Assembly (NCBI GenBank): GCA_032718475.1
Contig: JAUCBJ010007859.1
Coordinates: 1 to 53,590, forward strand
Reading direction: 5' to 3'
Length of the DNA: 53,590 nt
DNA from: Nemertoderma westbladi
Lineage: Eukaryota > Animalia > Xenacoelomorpha
The notes under the pieces were generated by a model. The model did not search any database and was not told the origin of the DNA. It saw nothing but the letters and a program-made list of their open reading frames with translations. Position numbers and translations under genes: made by a program. Shown piece after piece: positions 12,301 to 24,057 of this stretch. The number at the start of each line of letters is the position of its first letter. Position 1 is the first letter of the stretch.

Positions 12301-15300
12301 CTTTCCATTACCGTTACGTTACCTTTCCGTAAACCTTTCCCTTACTGTTACGTTACCTTTCCGTAAACCTTTCCGTTACTGTTACGTTACCTTTCCGTAA
12401 ACCTTTCCGTTGCCATTACGTTACCGTTACCGTAAACCTTTCCGTTACTGTTACGTTACCTTTCCGTAAACCTTTCCGTTACCGTTACGTTACCTTTCCG
12501 TAAACCTTTCCGTAAACCTTTCCATAAACCTTTCCGTAAACCTTTCCGTTACCGTTACGTTACCTTTCCGTAAACCTTTCCGTTACCGTTACATTACCTT
12601 TCCGTAAACCTTTCCGTTGCCGTTATGTTACATTACCTTTCCGTAAACCTTTCCGTTACCGTTACGTTACCTTTCCGTAAACCTTTCCGTTACCGTTACG
12701 TTACCTTTCCGTAAACCTTTCCGTTACTGTTACGTTACATTACCTTTCCGTAAACCTTTCCCTTACCGTTACGTTACCTTTCCGTTACCGTTACGTTACC
12801 TTTCCGTAAACCTTTCCGTTACCGTTACGTTACCTTTCCGTAAACCTTTCCGTTACCGTTACGTTACCTTTCCGTAAACCTTTCCGTTGCCGTTACGTTA
12901 CATTACCTTTCCGTAAACCTTTCCGTTACCGTTACGTTACCTTTCCGTAAACCTTTCCCTTACCGTTACGTTACCTTTCCGTTACCGTTACATTACCTTT
13001 CCATTGCCGTTACGTTACCTTTCCGTAAACCTTTCCATTACCGTTACGTTACCTTTCCGTAAACCTTTCCCTTACTGTTACATTACCTTTCCGTAAACCT
13101 TTCCGTTACTGTTACGTTACCTTTCCGTAAACCTTTCCGTTGCCGTTACGTTACCGTTACCGTAAACCTTTCCGTTATTGTTACGTTACCTTTCCGTAAA
13201 CCTTTCCGTTACCGTTACGTTACCTTTCCGTAAACCTTTCCGTAAACCTTTCCATAAACCTTTCCGTAAACCTTTCCGTTACCGTTACGTTACCTTTCCG
13301 TAAACCTTTCCGTTACCGTTACGTTACCTTTCCGTAAACCTTTCCGTTGCCGTTATGTTACATTACCTTTCCGTAAACCTTTCCGTTACTGTTACGTTAC
13401 CTTTCCGTAAACCTTTCCCTTACCGTTACGTTACCTTTCCGTAAACCTTTCCGTTACCGTTACGTTACCTTTCCGTAAACCTTTCCCTTACCGTTACGTT
13501 ACCTTTCCGTAAACCTTTCCGTTACCGTTACGTTACCTTTCCGTAAACCTTTCCGTTACTGTTACGTTACCTTTCCGTAAACCTTTCCGTTACCGTTACG
13601 TTACCTTTCCGTAAACCTTTCCGTTGCTGTTACGTTACCTTTCCATAAACCTTTCCGTTACTGTTATGTTACGTTACCTTTCCGTAAACCTTTCCCTTAC
13701 TGTTACGTTACCTTTCCGTTACCGTTACGTTACCTTTCCGTAAACCTTTCCCTTACCGTTACGTTACCTTTCCGTTACCGTTACGTTACCTTTCTGTAAA
13801 CCTTTCTGTTACCGTTACGTTACCTTTCCGTAAACCTTTCCGTTACCGTTACGTTACCTTTCCGTAAACCTTTCCGTTACCGTTACGTTACCTTTCCGTA
13901 AACTTTTCCGTTACTGTTACGTTACGTTACCTTTCCGTAAACCTTTCCCTTACCGTTACGTTACCTTTCCGTTACCGTTACGTTACCTTTCCGTAAACCT
14001 TTCCGTTACCGTTACGTTACCTTTCCGTAAAACTTTCCGTTACCGTTACGTTACCTTTCCATAAACCTTTCCCTTACCGTTACGTTACCTTTCCGTTACC
14101 GTTACGTTACCTTTCCGTAAACCTTTCCGTTACCGTTACGTTACCTTTCCGTAAACCTTTCCATTACCGTTACGTTACCTTTCCGTAAACCTTTCCCTTA
14201 CTGTTACATTACCTTTCCGTTACCGTTACATTACCTTTCCGTAAACCTTTCCGTTACCGTTACGTTACCTTTCCGTAAACCTTTCCCTTACCGTTACGTT
14301 ACCTTTCCATTACCGTTACGTTACCTTTCCATAAACCTTTCCGTTACCGTTACGTTACCTTTCCGTAAACCTTTCCGTTACTGTTACGTTACCTTTCCGT
14401 AAACCTTTCCGTAAACCTTTCCCTTACCGTTACGTTAGCTTTCCGTTACCGTTACATTACCTTTCCGTAAACCTTTCAGTTGCCGTTACGTTACCTTTCC
14501 GTAAACCTTTCCCTTACCGTTACGTTACCTTTCCATTACCGTTACGTTACCTTTCCGTAAACCTTTCCGTTACCGTTACATTACCTTTCCGTAAACCTTT
14601 CCCTTACCGTTACGTTACCTTTCCGTAAACCTTTCCCTTACTGTTACGTTACCTTCCCGTTACCGTTACGTTACCTTTCCGTAAACTTTTCCGTTACCGT
14701 TACATTACCTTTCCGTAAACCTTACCGTTGCCGTTATGTTACCTTTCCGTAAACCTTTCCCTTACCGTTACGTTACCTTTCCGTTACCGTTACGTTACCT
14801 TTCCGTAAACCTTTCCGTTACCGTTACATTACCTTTCCATAAACCTTTCCGTTACCGTTACATTACCTTTCCATAAACCTTTCCCTTACCGTTACGTTAC
14901 CTTTCCGTTACCGTTACGTTACCTTTCCGTAAACCTTTCCGTTACCGTTACGTTACCTTTCCGTAAACCTTTCCGTTACCGTTACGTTACCTTTCCGTAA
15001 ACCTTTCCCTTACCGTTACGTTACCTTTCCATTACCATTACGTTACCTTTCCGTAAACCGTTCCGTTACCGTTACGTTACCTTTCCGTTACCGTTACATT
15101 ACCTTTCCGTAAACCTTTCCCTTACCGTTACGTTACCTTTCCGTTACCGTTACGTTACCTTTCCGTTACCGTTACATTACCTTTCCGTAAACCTTTCCCT
15201 TACCGTTACGTTACCTTTCCGTTACCGTTACATTACCTTTCCGTAAACCTTTCCGTTACCGTTACGTTACCTTTCCGTAAACCTTTCTGTAAACCTTTCC

Positions 15301-16065
15301 GTTACCGTTACGTTACCTTTCCGTAAACCTTTCCATTACCGTTACGTTACCTTTCCGTAAACCTTTCCATACCGTTACGTTACCTTTCCGTAAACCTTTC
15401 CGTTACCTTTCCGTAAACCTTTCCGTTGCCGTTACGTTACGTTACCTTTCCGTAAACCTTTCCGTTACCGTTATGTTACCTTTCCGTAAACCTTTCCGTT
15501 ACCGTTACGTTACCTTTCCATTACCATTACGTTACCTTTCCGTAAACCTTTCTGTTACCGTTACGTTACCTTTCCGTAAACCTTTCCGTAAACCTTTCCC
15601 TTACCGTTACGTTACCTTTCCGTTACCGTTACATTACCTTTCCGTAAACCTTTCCGTTGCCGTTACGTTACATTACCTTTCCGTAAACCTTTCCGTTACC
15701 GTTACGTAACCTTTCCATAAACCTTTCCGTTACCGTTACATTACCTTTCTGTAAACCTTTCCATTACCATTACGTTACCTTTCCGTAAACCTTTCCATTA
15801 CCGTTACGTTACCTTTCCGTAAACCTTTCTGTTACCGTTACGTTACGTTACCTTTCCGTTACTGTTACCGTAAACCTTTCCGTTACCGTTACGTTACCTT
15901 TCCGTAAACCTTTCCGTTACCGTTACGTTACCTTTCCATAAACCTTTCCGTTACCGTTACGTTACCTTTCCGTTGCCGTTACGTTACCGTTACTGTAAAC
16001 CTTTCCGTTACTGTTACGTTACCTTTCCGTTGCCGTTACGTTACGTTACCTTTCCGTAAACCTTT
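3383..16065. repeat. 12.7-kb complex satellite, modal unit 34 bp (TAAACCTTTCCGTTACCGTTACGTTACCTTTCCG)
   Basis: Continuous concatenation of the sub-words CCTTTCCGTAAA, CCTTTCCGTTA, CCGTTA and CGTTA in variable order, with sharp boundaries. Confidence 0.98.
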
Positions 16066-16670
16066 AAAATAATTATTAAATTAAATTCGTAAATTATTCG
16101 TGGTAACGGAACTATCGTTTTTGGTGTTTGTCTGGTGGGACTAAAAATAAAAGTAGTACACAATTTCAAGCGGCAAAAATCGCATTTGTTTGGAATATAC
16201 GAATGTAATCATTTTTAGTGTAATATTCGTGATAGCATCCCAGAAAATTCCTATTGTCATAAAATCAGGTTGCTTTGGTAATTATTTTTGATTATCTATT
16301 TTATGCTACTTGTAGTTTTCGTGCCACACATTGTCACATATCCAAAATGCCCCAATCAACAAGATACGATGTATTTCAGGGTCTTATTAGTTATCAGCAT
16401 TACAAAAATCCCATATGGTCATAAAATAAATTTGATTTTGTTCATCTTCCAAAAAAACCGCAAATATAATATTCACTTCTATCTAATAGATACTCGGCTA
16501 GATCAATCCTTGCTCGTCTCAAATCCGGTGAGCTCTCCATAGAGGAACGCATGAGCAGTGACCACATTGCTGCTTGTCATAGCCTTAGTGTACCATTCTC
16601 AGTTCGTCACAGCTTGGTCTCACAATATTTCGGTCTATAATATAATATTTCGCTTCGCTCTTAGTATTAT

Positions 16671-16766
16671 TAAAAGAATATCAATATAAAAGAATATCAA
16701 TATAAAAGAATATCAATATAAAAGAATATCAATATAAAAGAATATCAATATAAAAGAATATCAATA
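16671..16766. repeat. 16-bp tandem repeat x6 (TAAAAGAATATCAATA)
   Basis: Six perfect copies read directly. Confidence 0.95.
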
Positions 16767-17376
16767 GAGCCAAATAATAAATTTATTTCCTTCTAAATGT
16801 ATTACCCCGTCGTCCAGTGGAATATCTCTTCCCAGTGAATCCTAATTGAATATATCAACTCGGTATTACTGTGATAGCTATCTCCATTTTTGTAATTCTT
16901 AAAATAATAATAATATTAAGTAGATAAAGTACACAATAAATAATTCAGCTAACCAGCTACTCGCATTAAGCTAATAAATATTCGATTACATTCGATTCAG
17001 TGAGTGTGTGAGGGCTATTATCTGGCATGCAACAAATAACAAACACAATAGGATTAATGTTTTTCTATGGTCTGAAGGGAAGTCTGACAGAGACTAATCT
17101 TAACCGCTAAATGTCATTCAACTATAAAACATTTTGCAATCCACAGTGAAGATGAAGAACAACTGCAATAGGACACAAAACACTGCGTTGTGTAACTAAA
17201 ATTCATTCAGCTGATCCACCCCCTAACATAGCAGGTATCCTTATTGTAGATATACCCTTAGGAAGCACTGGGAGAGCAATCAGCTTATGGGGTAATACAT
17301 TAGAAACCCACAGCTTATGTGTGAGTAAACATTGCCTTTCCTTATAGCCTACTAGTAAAACTTGGCAACCAACACG

Positions 17377-17658
17377 TTTTATACGTATAACTCTGACATA
17401 TTAAGCCATATTTCATCGTAAACACCAGCTGTTATTTTACCATTGCTTTTAATTTCGCGACAAAATAATGCCAAAAAACGAAATATATCAAATACTACAC
17501 ATAGAATCGATCTGAAATTTTGTAACGCGATTATGAACCACCAAAGCAATGTACTTCGCCAGGCAGGAAGTGCCAGAACCTGGATAATTATCAGTCAGTC
17601 AGTGTTATATATCCTGAGATTTTTACAGTAAGTAACCCGCTGTCGAGCGGGCATAAAA
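17377..17658. mobile_element. Possible non-autonomous Helentron/DINE-like element
   Basis: TTTTAT...ATAAAA ends, a short internal (CAGT)n, and a terminal hairpin CCCGCT-GTCG-AGCGGG (17636-17651). Architecture resemblance only. Confidence 0.3.
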
Positions 17659-17659
17659 G

Positions 17660-17997
17660 ATAATTTTTATTTTAATTAAAATCAAAAGTAAAAATATATG
17701 AGAGGTGTGTAAATTACAATTAAGTAAAAACAATAAAACAAGGGACGAACCCACTTTAAAATTTACAATGCAATTTAAAAATTAAAAAAAACTATTGATT
17801 AAGAATTCTTTCTTTACCCCTACATAACATTATAAATTATTATATTCTAGGTTAAAAAGATGCGTTTTAATTTACTTTTAAAAATTGCTAGGGTTTGAGC
17901 ATCGCGCAGTTTTTGTGGAAGCGAATTCCAAATAGTAGGGGCCGACACCAAGAACGCTCGCTTTCCGTAGTGATTAAGCCGATATCGTGGGATCGCA
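17660..17997 (-). mobile_element. L2/CR1-group LINE ORF2 C-terminus and 3' UTR
   Basis: Minus strand translates IPRYRLNHYGKRAFLVSAPTIWNSLPQKLRDAQTLAIFKSKLK(fs)HLF, the typical L2 terminal motif. Confidence 0.85.
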
Positions 17998-19003
17998 TAG
18001 GGGCCGACACCGAGAACGCTCGCTTTCCGTAGTGATTAAGACGATATCGTGGGATCGCATAGGGGCCGACACCGAGAACGCTCGCTTTCCGTAGTGATTA
18101 AGACGATATCGTGGGATCGCGTAGGGGCCGACACCGAGAACGCTCACTTTCCGTAGTGATTAAGACGATATCATGGGATCGCGTAGGGGCCGACACCGAG
18201 AATGCTCGCTTTCCGTAGTGATTAAGACGATATCGTGGGATCGCGTAGGGGCCGACACCGAGAACGCTCACTTTCCGTAGTGATTAAGACGATATCATGG
18301 GATCGCGTAGGGGCCGACACCGAGAATGCTCGCTTTCTGTAGTGATTAAGACGATATCGTGGGATGGCGTAGGGGCCGACACCGAGAATGTTCGCTTTCC
18401 GTAGTGATTAAGCCGATATTGTGGGATCGTGTAGGGGCCGACACCGAGAACGCTCGCTTTCCGTAGTGATTAAGACGATATCGTGGGATCGCGTAGGGGC
18501 CGACACCGAGAATGTTCGCTTTCCGTAGTGATTAAGCCGATATTGTGGGATCGCGTAGGGGCCGACACCGAGAACGCTCGCTTTCCGTAGTGATTAAGAC
18601 GATATCGTGGGATCGCGTAGGGGCCGACACCGAGAACGCTCACTTTCCGTAGTGATTAAGACGATATCATGGGATCGCGTAGGGGCCGACACCGAGAATG
18701 CTCGCTTTCTGTAGTGATTAAGACGATATCGTGGGATGGCGTAGGGGCCGACACCGAGAATGTTCGCTTTCCGTAGTGATTAAGCCGATATTGTGGGATC
18801 GTGTAGGGGCCGACACCGAGAACGCTCGCTTTCCGTAGTGATTAAGACGATATCGTGGGATCGCGTAGGGGCCGACACCGAGAATGTTCGCTTTCCGTAG
18901 TGATTAAGCCGATATTGTGGGATCGTGTAGGGGCCGACACCGAGAACGCTCGCTTTCCGTAGTGATTAAGACGATATCGTGGGATCGTATAGGGGCCAAC
19001 ACC
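17936..19003. repeat. 62-bp minisatellite x17 derived from the L2 ORF2 end
   Basis: Unit TAGGGGCCGACACCGAGAACGCTCGCTTTCCGTAGTGATTAAGACGATATCGTGGGATCGCG. The variant pattern recurs at 372 bp (6 units). Confidence 0.97.
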
Positions 19004-20204
19004 GCTCATCTGTTGCCTTGTTAAATAGGAAAACATGGCATTTGCTGAGTTTAGAAGGTAGTGGTAGATGTTGGTTGTCGGTGTATGCTGGTAGTTTGTA
19101 CGTGGACATAATTGGTGTATGATCTGATATGTTGTCGAAGGTTGGTTTGTAGGTATGGGTTGTAGAAAGCCCGTTTCCTATGCCCATGGTGTTAGTGATG
19201 TAGTCTATCAGTGACTCTCGCAGGATGGTCTTGTTCTTTGATCTAAAGAAAAAGCTTGCATGTCCACCTGTGGTTATTGGTGCGTTGTTTGTGGTTTGTA
19301 ACTGAAACGGTTCTGTGATATTGTCGGTGAACAACTTGCCGAAGGATTTCTTATTTGATTGATTGTGGTGTGGGAGGATTCCATTGATGTCGCCTGCTAC
19401 CAGGAGCTCGTTTCCATTTTGCTTAGCGTCGTCGAGTAGTGATGATAGTTTGCCGCATTCCTGTATGTAGATAATTTCGCTATATGTCTCTCCACTGTTG
19501 TATGGCATGTACAGTCCTACTACTGTTATGTTGCTGACGTACATGTTGTCTAAGGTCATGGCTACAATTCGATCAGAGTTGGTTTCCAAAGACGTACAGA
19601 AAGGTGTGATGTCGTTCCTTGTGAAAAAAGCAACACCACCTTCACCTCTAACTCGTGGTTTGCCGTTGTCCATCCCGATGGCAACGGTATATTGACCTGG
19701 TTTACATGAGTAATTTTTGTTCATTTGCGTTTTACCGAAATTAAAGGTTGTTTCTCTGTGCCCAAGCCAGTGCTCCTGGAGTATCAATATGTCAGGGTGT
19801 TCCGTGCTTAGTAGCATGTTAATGTAGTGTCGGTTTCTGCTGTAGCCTTGGCAGTTGTAGGTTATTACTTTCAGTGATTTTACGAAGTGACTTTCAGTGA
19901 TGTAACCGCCCAGTGTTTTTGGGCGGTTTGGAATAAAAGGAGTCGATTTAAAAGCAGCGGTATTTTTCGTTATTGTAGCGACTGTGGTTTTTGTTGTTGT
20001 AGTGGGTCTTCTTGTTATAATTAGCAGTGTGTCGTTGGTAGTTTCGCATCTGGTTGTCCCAGTGTAATGGTTGAGTTTGATTGATGGACACATGCTTGTC
20101 TTGTCTAAGAATGTCATGGTTGTTGGATTTGTAGTAGTAGCGGTCTTGTTGGCGGTTGCTGGTATGTCTTGGAAGGTCGGTTCTTCTTCTGTCATCGTAG
20201 TCAC
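19004..20204 (-). CDS. LINE ORF2 AP-endonuclease domain (RTE-X-like), truncated before RT
   Basis: Motifs LKVITYNCQG, PDILILQEHWL, GEGGVAFF, SDRIVAM, GLYMP, AGDING, LIDYI, SDHTPI. The ORF runs into the 62-bp array. Confidence 0.88.
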
Positions 20205-22494
20205 TGCTACTGTTTATGTTGTTGTGGGGATTGTTGTGTTGATGACTGTTGGATGTTTCTGACCTAGGGTAGTGATTGTTTCTATTGCTGATGGGTTCGA
20301 TGTAGTCGTGGGTTGTGGGGTTCTCACCTGGCCACATACTTTTATCCATGAAAATTGGATAGTTACTAGCGTTTATTGTTACTATAGCCGATTTTGGGTT
20401 GAATTTTTTCCCTTTTACCCATACGTGTATAGGTTGTATGCCTGTCTGCTTGTAGCAAAATAGTGACAGGGTAACTGAGCTGCTGTTTGCTGGTAGGCCT
20501 AGTATTACAATCGTCTTTATTGCTTCGCTAGTGTCTTTTCGTCTTTCTTTGTTGCCATGCGTGTGAAATGTGGGTGATCTGGTGTTATTTGGTTTGGGTT
20601 TGGTGTTGTTGACGTCGGTGTTGGCAACCTTGAGGGGTTTGGTGTTTATCATGGCCTGATGGTTTGTACTTTTGTAGTTGTTGTTGGTACTGATTGCGTC
20701 TATTAAGTCATTTTGTTTCTCTAGAAGGGTGGCCATCTTGCTGTCCATGTCTAGTTCGTTGTAGGTATTTGAGGTTTCAGTTGGCGCTATTCGGTTGTTT
20801 TTTCTGTTCTGGTACGATTGGTTCAGGGGGTTGCCTGTCCTAACATGTTGCCATACGTGGTAATTTCTCGGGTTTGTTACTTCTTCCAGTGTCTTTGGGT
20901 AGTATATACTGTGTTCTGTGTTAGGGTCGCCTGAGTCGGGGTATGTTTTCTGAGAGTCGCAGTTGGCTTCTGATAGTATGATATATGTTTGGTTGTCTTC
21001 ACTATCTGAGACACTTTGTGTATTGTTGACTTGTTTGTTATTTTTACTGTTTCTCTTTGATTTTCTTTTCCGTGTGTTCTCATGTGATTTTGATTTCCCT
21101 TCTGTTTCCAGGTCACTCTCGGTGTACTGTTTTTTTGTCATTGTGGTCCTCTTTTGTGTGTTGTTGTGGGTGTGCGAAAGTGTCAGGAGGTTCGGCTTGT
21201 TGGGTGTAGTTCTGAGTTTATCTTCAATGATTGCGTGGATGATGGGTTCAAGGTTAGATTTCAGCGATTCGTACTTTTCTTTTACTGAGTTGTACGATGT
21301 TTTTAGTGTTTCTAGTGTTGGATGGAAAGTGGTGTGTGTGACTTCTCCCGTTATAGTAACATCTGGGATATTGCTGTTCTTTGCGGTGAAAGCAGGTTTG
21401 TTGTTCGTTGTCTTCGGTATTTTGAGTTTTGTGACTTTTTGAGTAACACGAGTTTGATTTGTACCAGAGCTACTGTGAGTTGCTGTTGAGTGTTGTGGTG
21501 GTGTTGTCCTGTTGGTCCGTTTGTCGTCATTTGCTAGGTCCTGAAAAGTAACTTTACGAGTGTGAGTGTCTGTGGGTGTTATCGTTGCTTGAGGGGGTTT
21601 CCTGTTCTTAGAGGTGTTCGAGAGATGATCTTCCAAGAGTGTGGCTGAGTTGTTGGTGGAGTCTTCCGGCCGGGTGATGTGTATCAGTTGGGATGTTGTT
21701 GGTGATGGTTGTATCGAAAGGTGTTGTGGTGGTGGTTCTAACGACGAGGCTGTGTTTGACGGTACAAACGGTGTTACATCATGGTCCAAGTCATTAATTG
21801 ATTTGTGTGGTGATGATGGTATGTATGTCTTGGCAGTAGGGTCAAGAATTTTTCTTTCAGTACTTATTATTTTTTCTGGTGGTGGCGGATGTTCACCAAC
21901 TTTCCTATCTACCCAGGAGCCATCGTCTTGTAGGTCTACTATTAGAAGAGTGTAATCAGATGGGGTTTCTACAGCGACCCGGGCCGAGTCACTGGCTGTT
22001 GCCCCCGGGCATACCCATCTCGGGGACACACTCTCGGCCCGTGGCAGGGGGTCGGCGGGTTGGTCCCGTTCCGTGTGGAAGTTTGCGGGATGGTCCCGTA
22101 TCGTGTGGGCGTCGACGGGTTTGTCCCGGCTCGTGTGGGCGTCGACGGGTCTGTCCCGGATCGTGTGGGTGCCGGCGGGTTTGTCCCGGATCATGTAGGC
22201 GTCGGCAGGTTTGTCCCGTTCCGTGTGGGTGTCGGCGGGTTGGTCCCGGATCGTTTGGGTATCGACGGGTTGGTCCCGGATCGTGTGGGTGTCTGCGGGT
22301 TGATCTCGGATCGTGTGGGCGTCTGGGGATTTGTCCCGGTTCATGGGGGCGTCGGCGGGTTGGTCCCGTTCCGTGTGGACATTGGCGTGTTGGTCCGGTA
22401 TCGTGTGGGCATCGACGGGTTTGTCCCGGATCATGTGGGCGTCGACGGGTTTGTCCCGGATCGTGTGGGTGTCAGCGGGTTTGTCACGGATCAT
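19948..22494 (-). CDS. LINE ORF1-like protein (T/N/K-rich, coiled coil plus RRM-like C-terminal part)
   Basis: 848-aa ORF directly upstream of and overlapping the APE ORF, with segment TIVILGLP...KSAIVTI...FMDKSMWP. The N-terminus is made of 10-aa repeats and the true start is probably missing. Confidence 0.7.
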   Translation of the reverse strand: MIRDKPADTHTIRDKPVDAHMIRDKPVDAHTIPDQHANVHTERDQPADAPMNRDKSPDAHTIRDQPADTHTIRDQPVDTQTIRDQPADTHTERDKPADAYMIRDKPAGTHTIRDRPVDAHTSRDKPVDAHTIRDHPANFHTERDQPADPLPRAESVSPRWVCPGATASDSARVAVETPSDYTLLIVDLQDDGSWVDRKVGEHPPPPEKIISTERKILDPTAKTYIPSSPHKSINDLDHDVTPFVPSNTASSLEPPPQHLSIQPSPTTSQLIHITRPEDSTNNSATLLEDHLSNTSKNRKPPQATITPTDTHTRKVTFQDLANDDKRTNRTTPPQHSTATHSSSGTNQTRVTQKVTKLKIPKTTNNKPAFTAKNSNIPDVTITGEVTHTTFHPTLETLKTSYNSVKEKYESLKSNLEPIIHAIIEDKLRTTPNKPNLLTLSHTHNNTQKRTTMTKKQYTESDLETEGKSKSHENTRKRKSKRNSKNNKQVNNTQSVSDSEDNQTYIILSEANCDSQKTYPDSGDPNTEHSIYYPKTLEEVTNPRNYHVWQHVRTGNPLNQSYQNRKNNRIAPTETSNTYNELDMDSKMATLLEKQNDLIDAISTNNNYKSTNHQAMINTKPLKVANTDVNNTKPKPNNTRSPTFHTHGNKERRKDTSEAIKTIVILGLPANSSSVTLSLFCYKQTGIQPIHVWVKGKKFNPKSAIVTINASNYPIFMDKSMWPGENPTTHDYIEPISNRNNHYPRSETSNSHQHNNPHNNINSSSDYDDRRRTDLPRHTSNRQQDRYYYKSNNHDILRQDKHVSINQTQPLHWDNQMRNYQRHTANYNKKTHYNNKNHSRYNNEKYRCF

Positions 22495-22510
22495 GTGGGC
22501 GTCGGTGGGT
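22051..22510. repeat. 30-bp diverged minisatellite x~15, in frame in ORF1 (PVDAHTIRDK-like)
   Basis: Unit approximately GTCGACGGGTTTGTCCCGGATCGTGTGGGC, with no indels. Confidence 0.92.
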
Positions 22511-22527
22511 ATGTACCGTTCCGGGCT

Positions 22528-23050
22528 TTATGAGCTGTTCCAATCCAAAACAACCAGTCAATTCTGAAAACGCAGCGGCATTTTTTATCACATTTGTTAT
22601 CTACATGAAAATTGAAGTCACCTAGTAATATCAGTTTGCCGGTTGACACCACTAGTCTCTGCATAATGTCACTAAATTCATCATTAAAACATTTTGACAT
22701 TTAGTCAGTTTTCCTGTGATGGACAGGTTCGGTAAATAATATCAAACCTAAATAATATCCCCAAGTATAATAATGTGAGTTCTATATATTTGAACGATTT
22801 GTATTTAAGAGAGTTATCCTGGCAACAGTTCATTTTAAGAGCAGTATTATAAACACAACCAACTCCACCTCCAGTGGTGTGTGTTCTTGGTGATTGTCTC
22901 AGTTTGTACCCATTTGGTGCAATCTCCCCTATGACTATGTCATCTGCCACAGTCCCTTTCAACCATGTTTCAGTAACTGCCAAAGTGTCCGTGTTCAAAT
23001 CCGGGTACCTCAGTTTAATTTTCATGATAATAATTCTCAAGCACTACTAC
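22528..23050 (-). mobile_element. L2/CR1-group LINE AP-endonuclease 5' part, degenerate
   Basis: Motifs LAVTETWLK, GGGVGCVY, IIYR, LILLGDFNFHVD, FGLEQLIK, with a stop and frameshifts. It breaks off before the PTH/SDH motifs. Confidence 0.85.
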
Positions 23051-23667
23051 TTTAATTTTACAGGATCTTTATTGCTCCTGTTAATGTTTTTGTTCCATTT
23101 TTTTTGCTTGTAGACAGAGCAAATTTTAATCCACCAATTATTTGGTTTTTATTCAAACCACCCATTATTTAATCCTTGTGTATTGATAAACTTCTAATAA
23201 CCGTATTTTTTTTCTCTGTGTCAGTATGAGCTCCACGAGGTCTCACAAGTTGCCAGTGGTATTTTACTAGACTCATTACTTTTATTTGTTGTGCACAGCC
23301 CGTTTTATTTCAGTGCTATACTGTTTTGTAGTGCAGTGTGATTTGAGTAATTTTGATTATAATAAATTAAATACCAGCCAGTCTCGCGTAACCAGTTTAA
23401 AAAAATATATTAATTAATTTCTAGCACGAAAAATACTGGAGATGGGTGCCAGAAAGGCACCACAGCACGAAAACAAACATAGCAATATAAATGGCGTTTT
23501 ACGAAATCTAGGTTTTTTCTGACTCCTAGATTATATAGTTTAATTTCAAAAAAATGACCGAAAATGACCGCCCCCCCCCCCCCCCCCCCGCCCCCATCAT
23601 GCCCAAATATGTAGGGATAAACATTATTTTTATATTATTTCTTCATTCTGTTTTTCTTATATTCTAG

Positions 23668-23865
23668 TACAACCTCAGGATGACGTCGTCCCACCTCCGC
23701 CAGAAGGCCTCGATATCGACCCGAACGACCCGGAAGTTATACAGGCTGTTAAGGTGATGCAGGCGGGAGCTCGGGGATACCAGGCGAGGAAGAAAGCTAG
23801 AAGGGAGAGTCAAATAGACATGGATGCTACAGAGACAGTGAATGAAGGGGAGGCTGTTATAGAAG
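23668..23865 (+). CDS. IQ-motif protein exon A (neurogranin/GAP-43/Igloo-like calmodulin-binding module)
   Basis: Pyrimidine tract with ttctag acceptor and G|gtgggt donor; 198 nt, phase 1-1. Encodes QPQDDVVPPPPEGLDIDPNDPEVIQAVKVMQAGARGYQARKK. Not present in the ORF track. Confidence 0.88.
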
Positions 23866-24057
23866 GTGGGTGTAGGTGCAGATAGGTTCAATTGGTGGGG
23901 GATGTTGTGTTGTTATTTATATAATTTGGTTGTGTCACTCAATGTAATGTAAGGGAACTCCTCCAGCAAAGGTCACTAAAGGGATATCTTTCGTCGGGTG
24001 TGTTATATAATCGAAAAACCCTTCCCTTAGGTGCTCTCTAGTAGAATGCCTACACTT

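Noticed and set aside
3980-15709. Short ORFs within the 34-bp satellite
   Set aside because: Chance stop-free runs of satellite words.
3383-16065. Telomeric repeat
   Set aside because: No TTAGGG or TTAGG-type unit, and unique sequence flanks both sides.
17936-19003. CRISPR-like regular array
   Set aside because: Units are whole tandem copies with no unique spacers, there are no cas genes, and the unit translates as L2 ORF2.
20071-22625. Plus-strand hydrophobic ORFs opposite the LINE ORF1/APE
   Set aside because: Antisense shadows of a T/N/K-rich coding strand.
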